A DNA stretch of 64,000 nt from an uncultured Flavobacteriaceae bacterium (lineage in GTDB: Bacteria > Bacteroidota > Bacteroidia > Flavobacteriales > Weeksellaceae), in contig CAUQSG010000002.1 of NCBI GenBank assembly GCA_963520725.1, positions 27,926 to 91,925 of the forward strand, in the 5' to 3' direction. Each line of letters begins with the position of its first letter. Positions within the stretch are counted from its first letter, which is position 1. The notes below the pieces were generated by a model. That model was not told the origin of the DNA and did no database searches. It saw only the letters and a program-made list of their open reading frames with translations. The position numbers and the translations under genes are program-made. Shown piece after piece: positions 55,855 through 64,000 of this stretch.

Positions 55855-57345
55855 TTATTCATTGGTTGGTTCAGAATTGTCAATTAAACTCTGTGGAAGC
55901 TCTTTTTTATTTTTTATTCCCAGAGATTTCATCTTTTGGGTCTGCGTGATGAGGTTGTCCCTTCCGCTGTGCAGCTGTTTGTAAGCCTCTGTGTAGGAAG
56001 CTTTTGCTTGGTCTATATTTTTGCCGACTTTTTCAAGGTTTTCCACAAAATTCACAAATTTATCATAGAGTTTAGCACCTCTTTCTGCGATTTCTATGGA
56101 ATTTCTGTTTTGATATTCCCGTTTCCAAAGGTCTGCTATCAGTTTTAAAGAAGTGATGAGATTGCTCGGATTCAGCAGTAAAATTCTTCGTTCATAGGCG
56201 TAGTTCCATAGATTAGGGTTGGCCTGCATCGCCGCGATATAGGCTGGTTCGCTCGGGATAAACATCATCACGAAATCCAAGGATTTTCCATAATCATCAT
56301 ACGCCTTTTGAGAAAGCTGCTGAATGTGGTTTTTCACCGAAGCTAAATGCTGGTTTAGTTTTATTTGATAGACTTCTGGGTCGGTTTCATCTACCAGCTC
56401 TGTGAAAGCAGTGAGCGAAACTTTGGAGTCTATAATTACATTTCGTTCATCGGGATATTTTATCACGGCATCAGGACGCATTTTCTTCCCTGAAAACTCG
56501 GAAAATAGGGCTTTGTTGTCCTCATTTCGCAGTTCGTGTTCTAGGAAATATTCCCGCCCTTTTACGAGGCCAGATTTCTCTAAAATACTCTCCAAAATCA
56601 TTTCGCCCCAGTTTCCCTGTGTTTTGCTTTCTCCTTTTAGGGCGCGGGTCAGCCTTTTGGCATCTTCGGAAATCTGCTGGTTTAGGGAGGCTAGTTCTTT
56701 TACTTTTTCGCCGAGAGAGAAGCGCTCTTTTGCTTCTTTGTCATAGGTTTCGTTTACTCGGTTTTTTAGTTCTATTATTTTTTCTTGGAACGGATCCAAA
56801 ATATTTTTTAGGTGAGTTTGGTTCAGGTTCGTGAATTTCTCTGTTTTTTCTTCTAAAATTTTGTTGGCAATGTTTTCAAAATGGAGTTTGCTTTCCTCTT
56901 GTAGTTTTTGGGAAAGGTTTTTCTGCTCTTCCATGGAGCTTTGCAGGTTTTTGTTTTCTGCCAAAAGTTCAGATATTTTAGCAAAATACTCTTGTTTTTC
57001 TTGATTTAGACGAGAAATATTTTGATTTAGAATTTCATTTGTTTTTCGGAGTTCTGCGATTTGTTCGTTTTGAAGGTCTTTCTCTGCGGATACTTTTATG
57101 AGTTGGTTTTCGGTAGTATTCAGCTTTTCCCTTTGGTTGGCAGAAAATTCTCTTTCTCCTTTAATCTGTTCCAAAAGTTCATCGATTTTGCCTTCTGCAT
57201 TGCTGAGTTCAGTTTCTTTTTTAACGAAATTTTGCTGTAATTCCTCAAAGATATTTCGAGAGATTTGGGAAGATTTTAATGCAAAATATACAGCCGCACC
57301 GCCTACTGTAAGACCCAGCGCCAGCCCTAAAAATAGATAAAACAT
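55855..57345 (-). CDS. rmuC: DNA recombination protein RmuC
   Basis: N-terminal TM segment, a long coiled coil, and a C-terminal RmuC nuclease-like domain (PDAVIKYPDERNVIIDSKVSL). Confidence 0.9.
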   Translation of the reverse strand: MFYLFLGLALGLTVGGAAVYFALKSSQISRNIFEELQQNFVKKETELSNAEGKIDELLEQIKGEREFSANQREKLNTTENQLIKVSAEKDLQNEQIAELRKTNEILNQNISRLNQEKQEYFAKISELLAENKNLQSSMEEQKNLSQKLQEESKLHFENIANKILEEKTEKFTNLNQTHLKNILDPFQEKIIELKNRVNETYDKEAKERFSLGEKVKELASLNQQISEDAKRLTRALKGESKTQGNWGEMILESILEKSGLVKGREYFLEHELRNEDNKALFSEFSGKKMRPDAVIKYPDERNVIIDSKVSLTAFTELVDETDPEVYQIKLNQHLASVKNHIQQLSQKAYDDYGKSLDFVMMFIPSEPAYIAAMQANPNLWNYAYERRILLLNPSNLITSLKLIADLWKREYQNRNSIEIAERGAKLYDKFVNFVENLEKVGKNIDQAKASYTEAYKQLHSGRDNLITQTQKMKSLGIKNKKELPQSLIDNSEPTNE

Positions 57346-57409
57346 GCCTTAACTTTTTAAACTCCGAAAAGTACAAATAAAGAATTAGAAAATAAAATTT
57401 TAAAAAGCA

Positions 57410-57417
57410 TATCTTTG
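57410..57417 (+). promoter_or_regulatory. -7 promoter box TATCTTTG
   Basis: Exact TAnnTTTG, 21 nt before the ATG at 57439. Confidence 0.5.
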
Positions 57418-57438
57418 CAAAAATTTTGAAATTCATCA

Positions 57439-58695
57439 ATGACAAAAACAGGAAGAATAGAACTAATGGCACCCGCGGGAGATTTTACTTCTCTGCAGGC
57501 GGCTTTGGATAATGGAGCAGATTCAGTGTATTTCGGGGTGGAACAGCTTAACATGAGAGCGAGAGCCTCCATGAACTTTACCCTAGATGACCTGCCAGAA
57601 ATCAGCAGAAGATGTAAGGAAAAAGGCGTGAGAACTTACCTTACGCTCAATACGATAATCTACGACCACGACCTTTCCATCATCAAAACCCTTTTGGATA
57701 AAGCCAAGGCGGCAGACCTTACGGCTGTAATTGCGATGGATCAGGCTGTAATCGCCTATGCAAGGCAGATAGGAATGGAGGTGCATATTTCCACGCAGAT
57801 AAATATTACCAATATAGAAACGGTTAAGTTCTATGCGCTCTTTGCGGATACGATGGTGATGAGCCGAGAACTCAGCGTTACTCAGGTAAAGAAAATCTGT
57901 CAGCAGATAGAAAAAGAGCAGATAAAAGGCCCTTCTGGTAATTTGGTAGAAATAGAGATTTTCGGGCATGGTGCGCTTTGTATGGCGGTTTCTGGGAAGT
58001 GTTATCTAAGTCTACACTCTCATAATTCATCCGCGAATAGAGGAGCATGTAAGCAAAACTGCCGTAAGAAATATACCGTGATAGACCAAGAAAGCGGTTT
58101 CGAAATAGAATTAGACAACGAGTATATGATGTCGCCAAAGGATTTGTGTACTATCAATTTCCTTGACCAAATTGTAGATGCAGGAGTGAAAGTCCTTAAA
58201 TTAGAAGGACGGGGCAGAGCGCCAGAATATGTAGCAACGGTTACTAAATGCTACCGCGAGGCGATAGACTCCATAGCCGATGGTACCTATTCCCAAGAAA
58301 AAGTGGCAGACTGGATGAGCCGACTAGAAACAGTCTATAACCGTGGTTTCTGGAGTGGTTATTACCTTGGGCAGAAACTAGGCGAGTGGTCGCCAAACTC
58401 AGGTTCTAACGCTACACAGAAAAAAGTCTATATCGGAAGAGGAACACACTATTACCCAAAAACCAGCATTGCGGAATTCCTTATAGAAGCATTTGATTTT
58501 AATGTAGGCGATAAGGTTCTTATCCAAGGGCCAACCACAGGTTCCCAAGAAATGGTTGTAGAAAGTATGATGGTAGAAGGGAAGGGTGACAGCCAAAAAG
58601 CCACTAAGTCTGATGTGGTTACCTTCAAAACGGATTTCCGTGTAAGGCCAAGCGACAAACTCTACAAAATAGTAAAAAACGATACAATAGCTTAG
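57439..58695 (+). CDS. Peptidase U32 family protein
   Basis: ELMAPAGD...GADSVYFG N-terminus, GALCMAVSGKCYLS and KLEGR motifs. Confidence 0.9.
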   Translation: MTKTGRIELMAPAGDFTSLQAALDNGADSVYFGVEQLNMRARASMNFTLDDLPEISRRCKEKGVRTYLTLNTIIYDHDLSIIKTLLDKAKAADLTAVIAMDQAVIAYARQIGMEVHISTQINITNIETVKFYALFADTMVMSRELSVTQVKKICQQIEKEQIKGPSGNLVEIEIFGHGALCMAVSGKCYLSLHSHNSSANRGACKQNCRKKYTVIDQESGFEIELDNEYMMSPKDLCTINFLDQIVDAGVKVLKLEGRGRAPEYVATVTKCYREAIDSIADGTYSQEKVADWMSRLETVYNRGFWSGYYLGQKLGEWSPNSGSNATQKKVYIGRGTHYYPKTSIAEFLIEAFDFNVGDKVLIQGPTTGSQEMVVESMMVEGKGDSQKATKSDVVTFKTDFRVRPSDKLYKIVKNDTIA

Positions 58696-58698
58696 TGT

Positions 58699-58735
58699 AA
58701 TCCTCTCCTTTTTAGGAGAGGATTATTATTTTTTG
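58699..58735 (+). terminator. Intrinsic terminator
   Basis: Stem AATCCTCTCC/GGAGAGGATT followed by ATTATTTTTT. Confidence 0.7.
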
Positions 58736-58883
58736 CTATTGGATTATGGAATTTTGTTTTTAGAATTAAATAAAAAATATACGAAGACTTGAATAAAGTC
58801 GTAATTACTTCCAAAGTGACCACAAAAAGGAAAACAGAGTAAAGAAATTTTAAAATTATTTATTACCTTCGCATCAAAAATAA

Positions 58884-59114
58884 ATGGTAATCGTTACACT
58901 ACAAAGGGAGAAATGCATAGGCTGTAACTACTGTGCTGAGTTTGCTCCTGAATACTTCCGAATGTCCAAAAAAGACGGAAAATCCGTTCTGCTGAAATCC
59001 GTAGAGAAAAAAGGTTTTCACACCTTAAAAACACCGATAGAAGAAGCCTATGAACCTTGTGAAAAGGCAGCAAAGGCATGCCCTGTGAAAATAATCTCTG
59101 TAAAATCTATCTAA
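58884..59114 (+). CDS. Small ferredoxin
   Basis: CIGCNYC...C and a late CP motif; 76 aa. Confidence 0.75.
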   Translation: MVIVTLQREKCIGCNYCAEFAPEYFRMSKKDGKSVLLKSVEKKGFHTLKTPIEEAYEPCEKAAKACPVKIISVKSI

Positions 59115-59142
59115 AAATAGTTTCAAAATATCTTTTTGGGAA

Positions 59143-59664
59143 ATGGAAGTGTTAGACAATGTCTTTTTTAATTCGTATCAGCGCGAGATAGTGGCAACTG
59201 CTGTGGTGCTGCTTTTTTCTTTGTTTATAAGGTTTGTGATTTCTACTTTGGTGGGTAGATTTGGGAAAAAATCGGGTTTCTCAAAGCCGAGAATCAGGCT
59301 GGTTCTCAAATACATAGATTTTCTGATAAGTATTTTTATAATCCTGACTTTGGTTCCAGTCTGGGGAGTGGAGCGAAAACAGGCGTTTCTGGTGATTTCT
59401 TCTATTTTTACCGTGATAGGTGTGGCGATGTTTGCCCAGTGGTCTATCTTGAGCAATATCACGGCGGGGATTATTATTTTCTTTTCATTTCCGTTTAGAA
59501 TAGGAGACAAAATAAAAATACTGGACAAAGATGTCCCGATAGAAGCCGAAATAATAGACATAAGGCTGCTGTATACACTCCTAAAAACTGATAGTGGAGA
59601 GCGAATTTCCTACCCAAATAATCTATTTCTGCAAAAAGGAATAGCCATTGTTAGTAAAAGCTAA
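59143..59664 (+). CDS. Small mechanosensitive channel (MscS family)
   Basis: Three TM segments, then the ILSNITAGIIIFFSFPFRIGDKIKI pore/beta-domain motif. Confidence 0.8.
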   Translation: MEVLDNVFFNSYQREIVATAVVLLFSLFIRFVISTLVGRFGKKSGFSKPRIRLVLKYIDFLISIFIILTLVPVWGVERKQAFLVISSIFTVIGVAMFAQWSILSNITAGIIIFFSFPFRIGDKIKILDKDVPIEAEIIDIRLLYTLLKTDSGERISYPNNLFLQKGIAIVSKS

Positions 59665-60029
59665 AGCATAGTTTGTTGTTTTAATAAACTTTTTAAAAGG
59701 GCGATTTGCTCATCTTTTGCTTGTATGAGTTTTTCATAAACATCTTTGTTGTCTTGATATAGGTTTTGAACTTGTTGATGTCCAACACTGTTTTCCTTAA
59801 TGTCCTGATTATAAATAGTTTGTTTATTTAATTCCAATATTTCTGCAACATCTGTTTCCAGTAGTTTGGCAATCATAAAAAGTCTTTCTACACTTATTTT
59901 TGTGGAATTACTTTCTAGTTTAGCATATGAAGCTTGCGTAAGGTCTAATTCGTGTGCCATATATTCTTGGCTGTAGCCTTTTAGTTCTCTGTATTTTCTA
60001 ATATTTTTCCCAATAATGTCATTATTCAT
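59661..60029 (-). CDS. XRE-family helix-turn-helix regulator with a coiled-coil tail
   Basis: IGKNIRKYRELKGYSQEYMAHELDLTQASYAKLE. A minus-strand -7 box (plus strand CAAATATA, 60049-60056) lies 20 nt upstream. Confidence 0.85.
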   Translation of the reverse strand: MNNDIIGKNIRKYRELKGYSQEYMAHELDLTQASYAKLESNSTKISVERLFMIAKLLETDVAEILELNKQTIYNQDIKENSVGHQQVQNLYQDNKDVYEKLIQAKDEQIALLKSLLKQQTML

Positions 60030-60105
60030 AATAAGATTTATTTATTCGCAAATATAATAAAATATTCTTAAAAGTAATTATTTTTTTTAGGAAATAGAAG
60101 TACAT

Positions 60106-60309
60106 TTGTCTAATAATAAAAATGCAAGAATTGTGGGTAATAGTTCATACGGAAGAGGTCATAAAGATGGTTATGAAAAAGGGTTTGAGGAAGGTAGAAA
60201 AAAAGGATATAACCAAGGAAAGAGTGATTATACAGGATGTTTGCATATTGTTGCATTTATGGTAGGAAGTATTATTAGTGTTTTTGCTCTTGTCGTTAGT
60301 GTGATATAA
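60106..60309 (+). CDS. Doubtful small membrane protein. The TTG start sits inside the promoter box 60101-60108, so if the ORF is real it more likely starts at GTG 60133.
   Basis: A C-terminal hydrophobic helix IVAFMVGSIISVFALVVSVI, but the predicted start overlaps TACATTTG. Confidence 0.3.
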   Translation: MSNNKNARIVGNSSYGRGHKDGYEKGFEEGRKKGYNQGKSDYTGCLHIVAFMVGSIISVFALVVSVI

Positions 60310-60334
60310 ATTGAAGTCTAATTAATAATAAATT

Positions 60335-60556
60335 ATGAGTAAACTAGTTAAAGTAAAAGACAACGCCCCTTCAATTAAGGATAAAATGAAAAAGGATCCT
60401 ACAAAGGTTAATAGAAATGGGGTCGGAGGAGGTGCAGTAGTGGCAGCAGGTGGGACAATAGGTATGTTTATAGGTGGTCCCGTTGGCGCATTGGTAGGAG
60501 CCGCAGTAGGAGGACTAATAGCAGTAGCAATGGCTGAAGATGCTAATGATAAATAA
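60335..60556 (+). CDS. Small glycine-zipper membrane protein (73 aa)
   Basis: GGGAVVAAGGTIGMFIGGPVGALVGAAVGGLIAVAMA, with an ATG start and a terminator directly downstream. Confidence 0.6.
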   Translation: MSKLVKVKDNAPSIKDKMKKDPTKVNRNGVGGGAVVAAGGTIGMFIGGPVGALVGAAVGGLIAVAMAEDANDK

Positions 60557-60570
60557 GGAAAGTATATAGA

Positions 60571-60596
60571 AAAGGTAGATTTATAAATCTACCTTT
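60571..60596. terminator. Bidirectional terminator
   Basis: 12-bp stem AAAGGTAGATTT/AAATCTACCTTT followed by a T-run. Confidence 0.7.
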
Positions 60597-60602
60597 ATTT
60601 TT

Positions 60603-62135
60603 TTACGCCCTCCAAAAATCCCTGTCCAAGCTTCGGTATTGTATGGCTTCGGAGATATGAGCAGGGCTGATGTTTTCAGAATCATCTAAATCTGCTATGG
60701 TTCGGGCTACTTTTAGGATTCTATCGTAGGCACGAGCGGAGAGATTTAGTTTTTCCATGGCGTTTTTTATCAGCTGCTGGCAAGTGTTGTCCAGATCGCA
60801 GTATTTTTCTATTTCTTTCGGTCCCATTTGCGCATTGTAGTTGATATCCAGTTCTTTATATCGTTTGGCTTGTATCTCTCTGGCTTTCAGCACGCGGTTT
60901 CGTATTTCTATACTGCTTTCGCCTTTTCTTTTTTCCGCAAGTTGCTCAAACTCTACTTTCTGAACTTCTATATGAATGTCTATTCTGTCCAAAAGCGGCC
61001 CAGATAGCTTGTTCATATATCTCTGCATTTCGGTCTGGGAAGAGGTATTGTTCGGGTCATCAGGGAAATAGCCCGAAGGACTTGGGTTCATACTTGCCAC
61101 CAGCATAAAACTCGATGGATAATTTACCGAAAATCTCGCTCTGGAAATCGTTACCTCGCGGTCTTCCAAAGGTTGTCGCATTACTTCCAAAACAGCTCTT
61201 TTAAACTCAGGAAGCTCATCGAGGAAAAGAACTCCATTGTGTGCAAGGGAAATTTCACCAGGCTGAGGATAAGTGCCGCCGCCCACTAGGGCAACATCAG
61301 AAATGGTGTGATGAGGTGAGCGGAACGGGCGAACGGTCATCAGTGAGGTGTTGCTACCCATTTTTCCTGCTACGGAGTGGATTTTAGTGGTTTCCAAAGC
61401 CTCTTTCATCGTGAGAGGAGGCAGGATGCTGGGGACTCTCTTGGCGAGCATGGTTTTTCCACTCCCTGGAGGGCCTACCAGAATAATGTTGTGTCCGCCG
61501 GCTGCTGCCACTTCCATGGCTCTTTTGGCGGTTTCTTGTCCTTTTACTTCCGAAAAATCATAAGGAAATTCATTGATTTTATTCTGAAATTCCTTGCGAG
61601 TGTCTATTTCGGTTTTTTCCAAATCTCTTTCTCCATTGAAAAAGTCAATAACCTCTTTGATGTTTTCCACACCGTAAATATCTAGATTATTCACTATTGC
61701 GGCCTCTTGGGTATTTTGTTTAGGTAAAATAATTCCTTTAAAGCCTTCCTCTCGCGCCTTTATTGCAATCGGCAAAACGCCCTTTATCGGCTGTAATCCA
61801 CCATCGAGGGAGAGTTCTCCCATGATGATGTATTGGTCTAAATTTTCAGCAAGAATTTTATCTGAAGCCGCCAAAATCCCAATCGCGATACTCAGGTCAT
61901 ATGCAGAACCCTCTTTGCGAAGATCAGCAGGCGCCATATTGATGGTGATTTTCTTGCCAGGGAGCTTGTGTCCTACATTTTTCAGGGCTGCCGAAATACG
62001 GTGGCTGCTTTCCTTGATAGCATTGTCAGGAAGCCCCACGAGATGATAGCCCACTCCTTGGTCTACATTTACTTCTATCGTGATGGTCTGGGCAGAAACT
62101 CCGTGTATGGCACTACCAAAAACTTTGACTAACAT
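60603..62135 (-). CDS. comM: YifB/ComM-family Mg-chelatase-like AAA+ ATPase
   Basis: Lon-like N-domain, Walker A GPPGSGKT, Walker B LFLDELPEF, 510 aa. Confidence 0.92.
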   Translation of the reverse strand: MLVKVFGSAIHGVSAQTITIEVNVDQGVGYHLVGLPDNAIKESSHRISAALKNVGHKLPGKKITINMAPADLRKEGSAYDLSIAIGILAASDKILAENLDQYIIMGELSLDGGLQPIKGVLPIAIKAREEGFKGIILPKQNTQEAAIVNNLDIYGVENIKEVIDFFNGERDLEKTEIDTRKEFQNKINEFPYDFSEVKGQETAKRAMEVAAAGGHNIILVGPPGSGKTMLAKRVPSILPPLTMKEALETTKIHSVAGKMGSNTSLMTVRPFRSPHHTISDVALVGGGTYPQPGEISLAHNGVLFLDELPEFKRAVLEVMRQPLEDREVTISRARFSVNYPSSFMLVASMNPSPSGYFPDDPNNTSSQTEMQRYMNKLSGPLLDRIDIHIEVQKVEFEQLAEKRKGESSIEIRNRVLKAREIQAKRYKELDINYNAQMGPKEIEKYCDLDNTCQQLIKNAMEKLNLSARAYDRILKVARTIADLDDSENISPAHISEAIQYRSLDRDFWRA

Positions 62136-62158
62136 GGTGAAATTAAATTTTGGAAAGA

Positions 62159-62887
62159 TTAATGATTTTTATTTTGTAAATAATCTTGGGTCAATTTATC
62201 TAAGAAAACATACAATTTTTCATTCATTTCTGAATAATCAAAATCAAGGATTTCTTCTGGAGACTGCACAAATGGATGAATTTGGCTGAGGTTTAGTAGG
62301 TCTTTTTCACTGTCAATCAGTTCTTTGACTATTTCTTTTGTCAGTTCCATATGGCATTGGAAACCATAGACAATATTAGAATATTTTACGATTTGTCTCG
62401 GACAGCCTTTGCTGAATGCAAGGATCTGCTTATCGTTTTCAAGCCCAGGCATGTCATTGTGCCAATGTCCCACGACCAAAGTTTTCCCAAAATGATTGAT
62501 TTTTGCATCTTGAAGCCCTTGTTCCGTAAGCTCGATGGCAAAATTTCCTATTTCCTTTTCTGGACTATGTCCAAATTTAAATCCTAAACTCTCTCCAATC
62601 AGCTGAGAACCAAGACATACCCCTACAACGGCTTTCCCTGCATCGATGCAATTTTTGATAAGGCTCATTTCTGCTTTTGCATTAAAATATGGGTATTCTT
62701 TCATGTTGGTAGCAGGAGATTGTGGGCCGCCTAGTACGATGAGCATATTGATGTTTTCAGCGGAGTCAGGAAGTTTATCGCCTTCAAAAACTTTTGAAAA
62801 AGAAATATTGTATTTTCTCTTTTCCGCCCAGTCTAAATAAGCTCCCGCCGTTTCAAAAGTCTCATGTTGAATGAAATGTATATTCAT
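62159..62887 (-). CDS. Class I glutamine amidotransferase-like protein
   Basis: Nucleophile elbow GVCLGSQL and a downstream HMEL motif. Confidence 0.8.
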   Translation of the reverse strand: MNIHFIQHETFETAGAYLDWAEKRKYNISFSKVFEGDKLPDSAENINMLIVLGGPQSPATNMKEYPYFNAKAEMSLIKNCIDAGKAVVGVCLGSQLIGESLGFKFGHSPEKEIGNFAIELTEQGLQDAKINHFGKTLVVGHWHNDMPGLENDKQILAFSKGCPRQIVKYSNIVYGFQCHMELTKEIVKELIDSEKDLLNLSQIHPFVQSPEEILDFDYSEMNEKLYVFLDKLTQDYLQNKNH

Positions 62888-62893
62888 AATTTT

Positions 62894-63757
62894 TTATTTT
62901 TCTAGTAAAGTTTCCATACACTCTTCCAAGCTGTTTTCCCAGTATCTTGGCTCTATGTTGTAGCTATTTTCTATTTTGTCCAGACACATCGTGCTTCGCA
63001 TAGGGCGTTTCGCAGGAGTGGGATATTGGTCTGTGGTGATGGGATTTATTTTGATTTTACTTTCGGATAGTTCTGCGATTTTTTGTGCAAAATCAAACCA
63101 AGTAGTTTCAGGATAGTTAGAAAAATGGAAAATTCCGTATTCTTTTTCTTCTGTTCGGATGATTTTCATAATCACCTTCGCAAGGTCATTGGCATTAGTC
63201 GGCTGTCCGAACTGGTCAGCCACTACATTCAGTTCATCTTTAGTGCTGAATAGATTGAGCATCGTTTTCACGAAATTTTTATTAAATTCAGAATAAAGCC
63301 AAGATGTCCTGATAACAATGGTTTTCGGATTTTTTTCCAAAGCAAGGTTTTCGCCCTCTAATTTGGAAGCGCCATAAACCCCGAGAGGATTGGTAAAATC
63401 ATCTTCCGTGTAGGGAAGGTCGGTCTCGCCATCAAATACATAATCTGTGGAAACATGGATTAAATCAATGTTAAGTTCCGCACAAGCTTCGGTAAGGTAT
63501 CCCACGCCTTCGGCATTGACCGCGAAAGCCTTTTCTTTTTCCTGTTCAGCCAAATCTACGGCTGTGTATGCAGAAGCATTGATACAGAAATCAGGCTGGT
63601 AATCAGAGAAATAACTATCAACTTGGTTTTTATCCGTGATATCCAAAGTATCATAATCTGTGAAACAGAATTCATACTCCAGAGAATAGTCAGAAGCTAT
63701 TTTGTTCAAACAGTTTCCGAGCTGTCCATTTCCACCGATTACAAGAATTTTTTTCAT
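62894..63757 (-). CDS. rfbD: dTDP-4-dehydrorhamnose reductase
   Basis: ILVIGGNGQLG Rossmann motif, YGASKLEGE (YxxxK), 287 aa. Confidence 0.88.
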   Translation of the reverse strand: MKKILVIGGNGQLGNCLNKIASDYSLEYEFCFTDYDTLDITDKNQVDSYFSDYQPDFCINASAYTAVDLAEQEKEKAFAVNAEGVGYLTEACAELNIDLIHVSTDYVFDGETDLPYTEDDFTNPLGVYGASKLEGENLALEKNPKTIVIRTSWLYSEFNKNFVKTMLNLFSTKDELNVVADQFGQPTNANDLAKVIMKIIRTEEKEYGIFHFSNYPETTWFDFAQKIAELSESKIKINPITTDQYPTPAKRPMRSTMCLDKIENSYNIEPRYWENSLEECMETLLEK

Positions 63758-63760
63758 GAA

Positions 63761-64000
63761 TTATTTATTTAGAGTTCTTAGATAATTAGCTCTTGACTGA
63801 AAATCAGTCTGTTCTACTTTGGTCAAAAATTTTTGGTTTGCTTGAATGATATCCTCACCCATCACTTCTGATTTTCTGGATTTTAGATTAAAATGAATGA
63901 AAGTACACCAAAGCACAGCGTATATTTTCTCTGTGTTTAGGTCTTTCATGAGAAGTTCTATTTTGCAGGTTCTGTCATTTAGTTCTATCAGTTTGCTGGA
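63761..64000 (-). CDS. Hypothetical protein, 5' partial (frame open to the window edge)
   Basis: No stop between the annotated ATG at 63949 and nt 64000 in the same frame. No family recognised. Confidence 0.4.
   Translation of the reverse strand, partial: SSKLIELNDRTCKIELLMKDLNTEKIYAVLWCTFIHFNLKSRKSEVMGEDIIQANQKFLTKVEQTDFQSRANYLRTLNK

Overview
The window has two compositionally distinct halves.

(1) nt 1 to ~29,200 is the right-hand ~29 kb of a CTnDOT-family conjugative transposon (Bacteroidales-type ICE). One hand-counted 60-nt line gives ~53% GC. In order it contains:
- rteA (5' end cut by the window edge) and rteB
- a short DHFR-like gene, then rteC
- a lower-GC two-gene cargo cassette: a Schlafen/AlbA_2-type DNA-binding ATPase-like protein plus a coupled 130-aa unknown
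- the minus-strand mob operon (MobA-like accessory protein, relaxase, coupling protein)
- an oriT-type divergent intergenic region
- a complete traA-traQ transfer operon and a lysozyme
- a nine-gene minus-strand operon of small, mostly unknown proteins around PcfJ/PcfK
- a ~0.9 kb ORF-poor, structure-rich terminal region

The integrase/excision genes and tetQ expected for this family are not in the window.

(2) nt ~29,300 to 64,000 is a low-GC Flavobacteriia-type chromosome (one hand-counted line gives 30%). Bacteroidetes TAnnTTTG -7 promoter boxes are visible upstream of many genes. It contains:
- a protein with an unknown N-terminal region and a nucleoside-phosphorylase-like C-terminal domain, followed by an S1/P1 nuclease
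- a TPP-riboswitch-controlled TonB-dependent receptor
- topA
- an exopolysaccharide locus (SGNH hydrolase, GT2, EpsG, WecA-like GT4, Wza-like, Wzc-like with a (GY)10 tail)
- a repeat-built secreted protein
- secA, rmuC, a U32 peptidase, comM/yifB, rfbD and other housekeeping genes

No rRNA, tRNA or CRISPR array was seen.

Best leads for something undescribed:
- the AlbA_2/HATPase_c_4 two-gene cargo (4.7-6.5 kb)
- a promoter-to-terminator structured RNA between rteB and the DHFR-like gene (3.04-3.27 kb)
- the structured non-coding ICE terminus (28.3-29.2 kb)
- the phosphorylase-fold fusion protein plus nuclease operon abutting the insertion site (29.5-32.0 kb)

All family assignments come from motifs read by eye and from recalled family knowledge. 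No searches were run.
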